Shown piece after piece: positions 1 to 11,890 of a DNA stretch of 64,000 nucleotides. Each line of letters begins with the position of its first letter. Position 1 is the stretch's first letter. Position numbers and translations under genes: made by a program. Location: positions 7,998,001 through 8,062,000 of the forward strand of contig NC_045729.1 in assembly GCF_009834535.1 (NCBI RefSeq), given 5' to 3'. A model generated the notes under the pieces. It did not search any database and had not been told where the DNA came from. It worked only from the letters and a program-made list of their open reading frames with translations. Origin of the DNA: Camelus ferus. Lineage: Eukaryota.

Positions 1-6
1 TTTTAG

Positions 7-162
<156 letters not shown>

Positions 163-651
163 TAGTTATTATCAACTCTTAATCATGGATGTTAGAGTAG
201 AAATTAGAAATTCATAACAAGATGACCGCCTGAAAATAATAGTAGATTTGCGTTCCAACCCAGCATTTTAGAACAGCATGGATTCATTTCTGATATTGTG
301 AACCAATTTTCAGAAACTCCTCAAACCTGATGGTCAAGGCTGTTTGGGATTCTTGTCCTGACTTGTTCACAACCCATTTAGGGGCACTAACTTTAATGTG
401 ACTGTAAGTGAGGTAGGTGGAAACAGAGGTACCTACAACTGTCCACTGTGCAGGCAAACCAGAAGAGTTCACAGAACAGCAACACTTGAGGACCCATGAA
501 GAAGAGTGGGGGGATACCTTCTTTGTCAGCTTTATCCCACGATGTCCTCTCTAGCCTCTGATATCCTGTAGCACTTATGAGTTGTACCTCCACGAACTGT
601 CCAAGTCATCCTACCTCTTAATATCCAGTGTTTACAAGAATTGCTACTTCA

Positions 652-742
652 GGGGGAGGGAAATAGCTCTGTGGTAGAGTGCATGCTTAGCATGCATGGG
701 GTCCTGGGTTCAATCCCCAGTACCTCCATTTGAAAAAAAAAA
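652..742 (+). mobile_element. tRNA-Ala(AGC)-derived SINE (camelid Vic-1-like)
   Basis: tRNA-like head with A box, CTTAGCA loop and GGTTCAATCC B box; A tail; degenerate TSD aattgctacttca / aatgattacttca. Confidence 0.9.
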
Positions 743-768
743 TGATTACTTCATTTTATATGTGTTAA

Positions 769-1131
<363 letters not shown>

Positions 1132-1539
1132 TGAGTAGTATTTAAAGAGGATTATAAAAAACATTTGGGCCTTTTATTACATTAATTACCAACCTAAACT
1201 GTGAACTAGTGTATTTTCTTTCTCAACATCTTATTAACTTAGATGCCAGTAAACTTGGATCTTATACTGAGAATTCTTAGCCTTGCTAGAATAAAGCTGG
1301 CCAGAAATTCAATACTGAGGGCAGAATCATCTTCCTTAAATGCAAATCTCATGCTTAAAATGTGTTTTTTTGCCAAAAATCCTTCAATAGTTCTCCATGT
1401 CTTCAGGGACAAAATCCAGATAACGTAGCTCAATCCACTAGACCCTTCATTAGTCAACCCTCACCCACCTACCCAAGTCTCATCTCTCATTAGCCATGTA
1501 TACATCTTTTACTCTGGCCATACCAACATGCTATGCTTT

Positions 1540-1870
1540 CTTTTGATCTTTGCTCTTCTCTCTAGATACATATTTGAAACAGATCTCCTAACTCTTAAGA
1601 TTTACCTTAAGCACCATCTCCTCTTGAAACCCTCCTGGAACTCTTGGGTTACCATCATCTCTGCTCCCAGAGCACCTTGCGTTGGCCTCCATCGCTTGAT
1701 TCTCCATGCAGTCCTGAAGGAGCTCACCCACTTGTATGTTCCTCCCAGGACCCAGTGAGCACCTGGAAGCATAGTTTCCATCTCCATAGTCCTGACATCT
1801 TACACAACACCCCTCACATTTTAAGCACTCTAATATTTGATGACCATCTGACTGAACAAATAAAACCATT
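1540..1870 (+). mobile_element. L2 3' fragment (approximate bounds)
   Basis: Degenerate pyrimidine-rich L2-like sequence ending in a gactgaacaaataaa terminus. Confidence 0.5.
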
Positions 1871-2058
1871 CACGGATGAACTATCATAAATAGAGTTGAG
1901 TGATGGAATGTTGGGAGATAGGATGCCAGTTAATGCTCTAAACACAAACACAAAAAATCTATTTTAAAAGTTCTTAATCAAGAGGCTTTTACACTGAATG
2001 TAATTTTAATTAAAAAAATAGAATTTGGTTCAATATTACTTTAAATTTAGAAAAAAAT

Positions 2059-2119
2059 TGTGTGTGTGGTGTGTGTATAAGTATGTGTTTCTGTCTCTCT
2101 CTGTCTCTGTCTCTCTTCC
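2059..2119 (+). repeat. (TG)n followed by (TC/CTGT)n simple repeat upstream of the exon at 2142
   Basis: Read directly from sequence. Confidence 0.85.
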
Positions 2120-2141
2120 GTACTCCATTCCCACCCCGTAG

Positions 2142-2272
2142 ATCCTTCTCAAGTTCCAGAACATTGGCCTCAGGAAGGGGAGATCAAGATTCATGATCTG
2201 TGTGTCAGATATGAAAATAATCTGAAGCCTGTTCTTAAACACGTCAAGGCCTACATCAAACCTGGGCAAAAG
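2142..2272 (+). CDS. ABCC9: SUR2 coding exon, start of NBD2 ([44 protein letters not shown]), 131 nt
   Basis: AG at 2140-2141 and GTATGG at 2273. ABCC-type WP..GEI motif, phase-consistent. Confidence 0.97.
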
Positions 2273-3017
2273 GTATGGAATTCACTGCCTTTTGATTTAT
2301 TTTATACAAAACCTCTGATGGAGCTGGTCCATCACCACCAGAGCTCTTTAGACATCCCAGCCAAACATATTCTCCGCAGGTCCCATAATATCCCCAACAC
2401 TTTACAGGTCCGATTATCTGCGTAAAAGAGAAAATGGAGAGAGAGGATGCAGATAAAATATGTGTTCTCTAAGTTGTATCGCCATTCCTTCATCTCCCAT
2501 AAAGATTGGAAAAGTGAACAATAGGCATGTTTTTCAAAATTTCTGGCTTTTGGCTCATGGCCATTCCAGATATCCCCTGGAGAACCTTTACATTTGTGCT
2601 AGCTCTAGTCCCAAAATGATTTATTTTAGTTATTGTGAAAAAGAGCAAGTGTGCAGAAAATGAACTCATTTTACTTTTTGTTGTAAAATCATCACTTCTA
2701 AGATAAAATGGAATACTCATTTATTAGTATCCAACAATATACTAAAATGCAAAAATGAAGCCACAGGGGGAAGACAACACAACCACATAGAAACAGAAAG
2801 AGTTAGAGTGGAATCATTGAAGATCTGATGAAGACCTCATGATTTTCCCCTAGTGATGAGAGCTCATGAGGGAGAAGTGGGAGGAGAAAGATGATGTTAA
2901 TGCGACTGTTTAAACAGAGTTGTAGTTTCACCATGGTGTCTTATCTAAGTTAAAAATAGTTTTGTGTATTTTCTATCTTTTGTCTGAGTCCTCTCTGAGT
3001 GATGGTTGCTTTTTCAG

Positions 3018-3096
3018 GTGGGCATATGTGGTCGCACTGGCAGTGGGAAGTCATCTTTATCTCTGGCTTTCTTCAGGATGGTTGATATATTTGATG
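3018..3096 (+). CDS. ABCC9: SUR2 coding exon with NBD2 Walker A ([26 protein letters not shown]), 79 nt
   Basis: ttttcAG acceptor and GTGAGT donor at 3097. Contains the GRTGSGKS P-loop. Confidence 0.98.
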
Positions 3097-4866
3097 GTGA
3101 GTTACTAACTAAATTTTTTCATTGGCCATGTGTGCTTTTCCTTTAAAAAAAATGCAACTTCAATTTATGTAATCCTGCAGAAGTAAAAAGCAAACACTTA
3201 TAAGGACTTTGTGTCTTGCAACCCATGGTTTAAGGCAGGTATCCCAGATAAACATTCTAGGAGTGGAGACAAAAACATAGAATTGGGGGGAAACAATTAT
3301 TAGCCCTAACTCAGCTCTGGAAATTATTGTTAAAGAATTCTATTAAATTGGTAAAATGAAAACAAGGTCACCCATTTTGAAAAGCAGTAGATGGCGGTGG
3401 CATTCAAGAGGAAGGAAGAAAGAAAAAGACTGTCTCGCCTCCTGCAAACTAAAAATACATCTCTTTCCAACGACGGGAAAAAAAAATGCAAGGAGATAAG
3501 GAGTCTGCATTTTAATTTTGGTGCATGACTCTTAATAACATGGTTTAATGCTGTTGAGCGTTTTGTGAGGAGGCCACCTTCGCCATAAAGTGTCAAGCAC
3601 GGGTTGACAATATACAAGAATATTTATTCATCCACAGACTTGTGAGTAACATATATGGAAGTAATTTCATCTTTGCTTTAGAAAAAATATGTCACATTAT
3701 TTAGTCTACCAAGTGGGCTATAAATAGACCAGCACCTAAGCCGTCTTGAACGGAAGGGGGTTCGTCAGCTCCAGACGTGCTTACTGTCATTATCTGTGAT
3801 GATTATGACAGTGGCGACAAGGCTTCACGTTGTTGTTGTGCGTGACAGTTCATATTATTTAATAGAATCTACACAACAGCTCTGTGAGATAAAGAGGTCA
3901 GTTAATGGGCAACGGAGTTGAACTGTGGTCATTGCAGGCTCTTTGGGGTTTAGTTTCAGGGACAGGGGCGGTACCTGCGTCTGGATTAGCAGCTCACTCT
4001 TTCCACGGTTGCTGATAACACACAGACACTTGAAGGAGTTTCAGTGGGATCTGAGCTAGTTACATCATCCAAAGACAATTGATTGAAAGTTTTTATTAAA
4101 AAACTGTGGCTATGATGGAAAGTACTAGATTAACATGATGCTCATGAGTCCAGAAGCATCATTCTGAGCCCCATGAGGGCTACTGACGACTGACTCTCTT
4201 TTTAATAACATTAGGCAATTGAGATTTTAATAGACAATATATTGTTCTTGGAAGAAAGTTTAAGCAAATCACTTTGCCTGCTCTTAAATCTAAATCCAGT
4301 TGGAAAAAGGACTATCGTCATCACTCTTTTCCTGGCAGGCTCATCTCATAGGGCAATATTGTCTTTGCACAAAGCAATATGATCAAGTAAATCAGTCGAG
4401 GTAAAGAAAGGACATCAAGTTTGCACAAGTCTATGCACAGTGTGGAGAAATCCACTAAAATGTGATATCTATGTCACAGAGTTTACGTTCTTACTTGTCC
4501 TGCACTGTACTGTTCAAGCAATAAAGGAGTGAATAAGACAGACAAAAGTTTCCATTTTCAAGGACCTAACATTCTAGTTGGAAGAGAAAGACAATAAAAA
4601 AGATCAATACATGTTTATAGAAGATCCTGTGAAGGAAAATAAAGCAGAGAACAGGATAAAGGAATATTGGAAGGAAGAAGACTATCGAGGGGAAATAGAA
4701 GTACTTTTGGTTTGTATGAGCCACATTAACTGAATAAAAAGTGGAAGTAAATTTACTCCTCTGGGAGTAAAGATCATCAAAATGTATATTTTTCTTAGAC
4801 ATGTACATTAATGTTTTTAATACTTAAATGGAAAGCTTCATCTTCTGAATTTCAACCCTGAACTAG

Positions 4867-5058
<192 letters not shown>

Positions 5059-5589
5059 TAGGTGATGTATTCAACAGAAACTCATGTGCCTCAGGATTAA
5101 CCCTTTGGCTCATAGGAGGGTTTTGCTCAGAACTGCTTTTAAGGTAGGTGTGAAAGGACATTACCAAGATGAGATCAAATCTTCTGTCTGACAGCGTGCA
5201 TTGGGGAACCTAGAGTGGCTTAATTAAGCTGCAGAAGCCCATCCTTTGTGCCTCCAGGAGCTCATCTCTTCTGTTTGATTCTAGAATTTTCTGTTTGATT
5301 CTACACATTTCCCCTCTGTACTTGGGGGCAGTGATTCTTGGCAGACATTTCTGAGATACCCACCCTTCAGATATCCTGCCGATCTCTTGTGTGTCTGGCT
5401 TCAGCTCAGCAGACAATTGAGTTTGGTCAATACCTTGATTCCCTTCCATCCCTCACAACTCTTCTTTCAGCCAGAATTGCTTTGGAGAAGACGCTACAGT
5501 CCTCTGCACATCTGGTTTGTAGTTTCTCATGGAAAAAAGAATGGAGGTATCTACTCTCTGCTAGGTGCTTTTTATATACTGTCTCACCA

Positions 5590-5720
5590 CATCCTCAGAG
5601 CACCCTCTAGTGCACAGCTCACTGTCCCCATTTTACAGATGAGGGTTTTGAACCTCAGAGAAGCTGCAGCAGCACCCCCCCCCAAGTTTGTACACTTAGT
5701 AAGTGGTAGAACTGCCGTTC
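5590..5720 (-). mobile_element. MIR fragment
   Basis: MIR core ccccattttacagatgagg. Confidence 0.65.
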
Positions 5721-6425
5721 CAAATAAAGTTTGTCCAACTCCGAAGCCCCCCCATGACGTCATCTACCAGATCATGCCTCTCATTGCATCCCCCCTCTGT
5801 TCTCTCTTGTTCCCCTCCTTCACCCACTTCATTGCAAAGGAGTATTTCCCACCTTTTACTAAATATTCCTTGTCTCAAACAGAAAATGTATGTAAGATTG
5901 CTCAATATTCAACTGTAAAATTATTTTCATTAAACGTTCTGGATGTATCAAGTTATCTAGCAATATCACAGTAAATCTGCTTTTCTGAACACACTTACGA
6001 TGCATACTGTTATTGTGGTTGGTGCAGCACAGGTCGTCTGAAATAGCATTACATGTTTCCATTTAGATTTATGTGTTTAACACCAGTTCTGTAGGAATCA
6101 TTTGCTAGACACTATTCAGGTTACATTAAACATAATATGAAAGTGGATGAACCCAATGTAATGAGTTTTACCAGGTCTTATCATGCATTTAAACGTACAA
6201 CTTACATAAAAAACCATTGTTCATAGTAGTAAGGTTGTTCCCTTCACTCATCAAGCATGCGTCGGACACCTGCTCCATCCTAAGGACTGTGGTAGACGCT
6301 GGGGATACAACAGCAGCCGAAACAAATACGATTTCCATTTTAAAGGAAAAACAGCAATAAGCAAACATAGATAAAAATGCATTTTTAAATTTATTGACTA
6401 ATGAATCGATTTTTTTTCCCTACAG

Positions 6426-6529
6426 ATTTAATTTAGATCCAGAATGCAAATGCACAGATGACCGACTCTGGGAGGCTCTAGAAATTGCGCAGTTGAAGAA
6501 TATGGTCAAATCCCTACCAGGAGGTCTAG
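6426..6529 (+). CDS. ABCC9: SUR2 coding exon ([34 protein letters not shown]), 104 nt
   Basis: tacAG acceptor and GT donor at 6530. Phase-consistent. Confidence 0.97.
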
Positions 6530-6653
6530 GTATATTTCTAAATAATGTATTTACTTTTTAGATATACAATGAATTCTACATGTCTCTACCTACATTTCAT
6601 GCTAGAATCATAATTCTAGTGTTAAGTATCCTGATCTTTAAAATAATCTCCAA

Positions 6654-6762
6654 GGGGTGGGGAGTATAGCTCAGTGGTAGAGCACATGCTTAGCACGCAC
6701 AAGATCATGGGTTCAATCCCCAATACCTCCATTAACAAAAAATAAATTAAAAGAAAAAAAAA
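6654..6762 (+). mobile_element. tRNA-Ala-derived SINE
   Basis: tatagctcagtggtagagcacatgcttagc...gggttcaatcccc head plus A-rich tail. Confidence 0.9.
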
Positions 6763-8847
6763 TTTCCTAAAGGTCATTAGGACACTTCATAATCTGGTGC
6801 TTTTGCATGGGATGCAAGAAGATGAACCTTATAACCTTCTGTTCTATGTGAGCACGCCAAAATATTCCAATTGGTACATCTATCTCTTTAGGCTTTCCAC
6901 CATTGATGGGTACAGATCACTTGAATTAGACCGTTTCCTTATGGTCATTCTGCTCATGCGGTTTACATGATCACTTACCCTCAGTAAACAGACAGGAGGA
7001 CTGGCGAGGCTGTTAGGTTCCAGGAGTCCCGGGTGCTATTTAGAAGCAAGCTCGTTCTCCACGGTGGCAGCCACTTTCTTTGCCACCAGGAGGGTATATT
7101 CCTTTTACTTATGTAACACAACTTTTGGAAGACATTATTTTCTGTTCTCTAGCTGCAGTATCAGTTTTGGAACTTGTGAAAGGAATGAAACAGGTTCTCT
7201 AATGATCACTGATACAAATTCAGTCCCAGAGGCAGTATAATTTCTAGCAAATAACTGATGACAAGACAAAAGAATTACATGAATAGTAAGAGATCAACAT
7301 GATTAATGGAACAACAGAGAGTTCACGATATAGTTTTTAATTCATAAAAATGAACATTGGTAGTTTTGGACTTCTGTTTGCTTAAAATCTGAACTCATCA
7401 TTTAGGAATGATATTGGAAAGATAATAGCTGGTTAGTATTCTAATTTTAATATGTAATATGTAGTTGCCAAATTGATTGTTTTGTTTGGCATCTAGTTTC
7501 CTTTAAAAATTAACCCACAAAATGAGATCATGTTTATTTGTTGGTTTGTTTGGGGAAGGGGACCTACTCAAAAACAATACCTTTTATGATTATAATTAAG
7601 TCCCAAGGAAAAGGCATCCCACAGACTGAAATGGAGACAGCATGCCTTTGAAGATAGGTTTATTGATCTTGCCAGCGTCAGGCTGTGGGAGTAATTCCTG
7701 AGGTCTAGATGAACTTTCCCATAGTAAGTTTTGATGTCTCCTCTGAACCCAGCAAAGGTACTTGAAAAACTGAAAAGTCTACCTGAGACAATGCTTATAG
7801 ACCTTTTTACCCCTTGGTATTTAGAGACTTTTCCTTCCCCCCATTCATAGTTGGAAAGACAGGCAATTACATCTTCACAGTCCTCAATCACTAACATGAG
7901 AACTGCCTGTACCTGTTTGGAATCACGCACGTAGTATCTGGGGGTTACGGTACAGTGTGAGCAACAGGGGATTGTATTTACACTTGTAGCTGAAAATTGT
8001 TTATGCTCCTTCTCTTAATAAAGATGACATCAATTGCTTGATAAAGATCTGGTTTAAGCCACCTCTGGTGGAGAACATTCTTCACCCCCAGCTTCCTTCT
8101 TATTTATTATATACATTAAAATTTGGAGGCTAAGTGCATAACCCCCAAGCAAGAGAAATTATAAGAATTTGATGCAGTGAGACTATAATCAACAGAAAAT
8201 TTCCCTCAGAACCCTACTTAAAGGGGTGTGACTCCTAATAAAATAGGTTATCTTGGAAATTATAAATTTATTCTTATCTGGGAAACAGAAGTTAAGCTAA
8301 ACTCTCAATAGTAATTTATGAAATGCAGGTGAAAACCAAAAAGAGGGAACTGTAATGAGGACACTTTATCCACGCAACAGTGTTCCATTCAGCTACTATC
8401 ACAGATGCCGTGAGACGTGCTGGGGATACAGTGATGAAAACAAACACAGTCCTCACCCACTGGGAGCTTATAGTCCAGTGGGGTAGTGTCAAGGAAACAG
8501 AACAGGTGTTGGAGTTGAGACTATTCCATTTCTTATCAAGCTCTACTACAAATTAGCTCTGCGATGTTGGGTAAGCCACTTCATCTCTTTGGGCCTTGGA
8601 TAATTCTATTAAATAATCTTCTTAGAGAATTGTAATAAATAGATAATCTCCAAGATCTCCCAGCCTTTAAAACATGTTGGTAATCTCTATCCAATGATAA
8701 GGAGGCAATTTGCCATCCGTTGTCATCTCCAGGTTCCTCTTGGCTTTGCCAGTATGAAATCCTTGCGCCAGTACAAAGTGAGGTCCAGCATGCTCTTATA
8801 GGGCACCATGTGGTTTTCAGCCGTTTGCCCAAGGACAATGCTAGTAG

Positions 8848-9045
<198 letters not shown>

Positions 9046-9249
9046 TAAATTGATGAGTTGAGGAAAGGCACATGAAAATTCCAATTTCTTTTTTCCTGTT
9101 TGGGTTCTGAAGCCTCAGTACTGTAATTCTGAGTGTCTTCTCATTCACCTCCTTGATCCACAGCACATTGAGAATGTCAGTAAAGTCGACTTGACTCTTG
9201 TTTAAAGGGAGTTTCTATTGTCAATAAACATAAAATAAATCTGCCATCA

Positions 9250-9473
9250 CTTTTTTTAATTGAAGTATATTCAGTTTACAATGTTGTGCTAATTTCTGGT
9301 GTACAGTATAATGCGTCAGTCATACATATACTTACATATATTTGCTTTCATATTATTTTTCATTATAGGTTATTACAAGATATTGAATATAGTTCCCTGT
9401 GCTATACAATATAAACTTATTGTTGATCTATTTTATATATAGTAGTTAGTATCTCGAAATCTCAAACTCCCAA
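9250..9473 (-). mobile_element. 5'-truncated L1 3' end (artiodactyl/L1MA-like) in an ABCC9 intron
   Basis: Poly-T followed by typical L1 3'UTR (aattgaagtata...tacaatgttgtg...gttccctgtgctatac). TSD tgccatca on both sides. Confidence 0.85.
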
Positions 9474-10861
9474 TGCCATCATTTTTAAATCCTCAAAACA
9501 GTAAAATCCCAGGGCTCAGTTGATGAGAGTACTTTCCTGTATTCAAGTATTCAAATGTTGTGTCATGGAAGTTCTAAAACAAAGTATGCAAATCTCTATT
9601 TAATCGAAGTCTATTGATAATCAAAACCAATCATCTTCTAATGCAATTTGAAGAGGGATCCACTAGAATTAATAAGGACCATCTCAATGTATTCACGGTA
9701 ACAAGGCAGAAACTTTGCCTTTTGAAAGAAATCATTTAAAAGCATCAAATACGTTTAAGGAGGATTTGTCTGGAAGATTGTGATTGAGTGGGGAAAATGT
9801 CACATTAAGCCACAAACTATATAAGCTAGCAATTAATGTTGTTCTTATAAAAGTTATCTTGATATTACAAGTTTGGCATCAGAAAGGACAAAAATAAAAA
9901 CCTTGTTTTTTTCCTTGCTTTACACTTTAGATTGAGTAAAACTACCCAAAAAGATAAAATAGTTTCAAGATTATTAAGAGCCAATTATATAGAGATGTTA
10001 GTTTGACAAACATTTCTTTGTATTAAGTAAGACTAATCAGTTAAAGTCTCTATACAAAATTGTATAACCTTCTCAAAGTTAATTTAATTTAAAGCAATCA
10101 AATAGTTTCTAATCAAGCAATGTCACTAAGTAAACATAGCTACATCAAAATTAGTATTAATTGCTAAGGTCTTACGATATTGGAGGTTATTTATAAGGAT
10201 AACAGCCTCAGTAGAGATGAGAGACAGAAAGATAAAAAGCATTAATTAATTGGTAATAAACCAAATTATTGGAAGAAATAACTCCTTCATATTAAGACCT
10301 AGGTAATCAAGCTTTGTTTCCCCACCTCTATGAGAGAGATAGAATCTTTACCCAAAACATTTTTTAAAATAAAATGATAAAAATGGTTTCCAGTGGGAAT
10401 AAAAATAGTTCTTGCCAGGAATGTCCTTTTAGGGGTCAACATCCAAATTTTTGGCATGTATTAATTTTCTTCTTTTCTGACCCAAAATTTAACACTATTT
10501 TAGGGTTTCATTAGTTTTGAATACATCCCTTTTTGTGACATAATTCTAATGAGCATTTCCACGCCCATTTGGTTTCATATTCCTCCTTCAGTTTCCTGGC
10601 AATAAGTCTATCAGTCATGCCCGGTTGATCACCGAGTTTTATTTGCATTTTGAAGACACTGTAATGTGTACAGAACCCAGCCTGAGCTTGCTGGTGGGCA
10701 CTGCGCCCTGTTTCACCTTCTGCAGGAGACTTAGCAGTGAACGTTCTCAGAAGAGACTGGGCGTGCTGGAGCATTATTCTTGGGGACAAAATATTATGGC
10801 AAGAGAAAGTAGTCCAAAAAAAATTCAGACTCTATTTCTTTTCTTTTTCTTTTTTTGGCAG

Positions 10862-10924
10862 GAAAACATTTTGCAGAAAGTGGTAATGACAGCTTTTGCT
10901 GACCGCACCGTTGTTACAATAGCT
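10862..10924 (+). CDS. ABCC9: Last common SUR2 coding exon (ENILQKVVMTAFADRTVVTIA), 63 nt
   Basis: Long pyrimidine tract plus CAG acceptor, GTAAGT donor at 10925. Ends in phase 0, compatible with both terminal exons. Confidence 0.97.
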
Positions 10925-11393
10925 GTAAGTATGGGAGACACTTAACTTACTCCTCTTTGGGTTTTGTTCCAAGATTCAATATTCTTTATTTCTGAGCAAT
11001 TAAAATATACTTGTATCAAATCCTGTATTCCTCTGCTAATAAGTCTGTCTGTGCAAAAAAGGAAAAAAGAACAGCTATGTTTCAAAAGCCTTTACCTTGT
11101 TTTTTTCCAAACGGTCTATTTCCTCCTGTAAGTTACAATGATAGAACATCCCAAATCTCAGGATTCCAGCAAGTCATGGCCAGGGCTTTGTCACCAGATA
11201 CAGATGGTAGTTAGTATAGGATCATTCTTTTCTCAATAATCTAATTGATGAGCAGTGTCAGAAGCAAAATTCATAAGTTTGACTGCCTATTCTGCTACTA
11301 TTTACACGTAATTTCTCTGTTCCTATTGACTTAACTGCTTGCACAAAGAAGGCAATGAGATCCCAGCAGAGACAAATACTTTCTCTGATTTTA

Positions 11394-11477
11394 TTCATTT
11401 TTAAATTTTTTATTAACATATAATTAAGTCACAAGGTGTCGATTTCCGGTGTACAGCATAATGTCCCCGACATACAT
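11394..11477 (-). mobile_element. Very short 5'-truncated L1 3' end (about 85 nt)
   Basis: T-rich tail plus ggtgtacagcataat L1 terminus. Perfect 18-nt TSD ATACTTTCTCTGATTTTA at 11376-11393 and 11478-11495. Confidence 0.85.
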
Positions 11478-11714
11478 ATACTTTCTCTGATTTTAAACAG
11501 CACCAGTCAAATTGAAGAATTGCTTAACGTTTTGTCATGCATGTTACAGCTTACTTCAAAGGGGCCATGGTTTCCTCTCTTCTCCTGCAGCTGGATGGGT
11601 TCTTACTCACGCTTAGACTTAATGTTTAACAAAACTATTTTTTAAATGAATCACTTGGACCTTTTCCCTCTTGCTGACTCTCTTCTCTTCTTTCCATTTC
11701 TCTTTTCTCTCCAG

Positions 11715-11852
11715 CACCGTGTCTCTTCTATTTTGGACGCAGGCCTGGTCTTAGTCTTATCTGAGGGTATTTTAGTGGAGTGTGACACTGCTCCAAACTT
11801 GCTCGCTCTCAGGAACGGCCTCTTTTCCACTTTGGTGATGACCAACAAGTAG
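11715..11852 (+). CDS. ABCC9: SUR2A-specific C-terminal coding segment ([45 protein letters not shown])
   Basis: Long pyrimidine tract plus ccAG at 11713-11714. 45 codons plus TAG. The VMTNK* end is characteristic of SUR2A. Confidence 0.96.
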   Translation, partial: HRVSSILDAGLVLVLSEGILVECDTAPNLLALRNGLFSTLVMTNK

Positions 11853-11890
11853 ACCATCATGAGCTCCCCTGCCGAGTACCCCCTTCTCCG
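11853..11890 (+). other. ABCC9: Untranslated 3' part of the 176-nt SUR2A cassette exon, ending at donor CCG|GTAGTT
   Basis: 11715-11890 is 176 nt, matching the 176-nt SUR2A/SUR2B cDNA difference I recall. GT at 11891-11892. Confidence 0.8.

Noticed and set aside
3783-3812. 12-bp imperfect hairpin in an ABCC9 intron
   Set aside because: Too short for a pre-miRNA, lacks snoRNA boxes, and is compatible with chance.
5387-5974. 195-aa ORF in an ABCC9 intron
   Set aside because: No recognisable domain, runs through a MIR remnant, and has no supporting splice signals.
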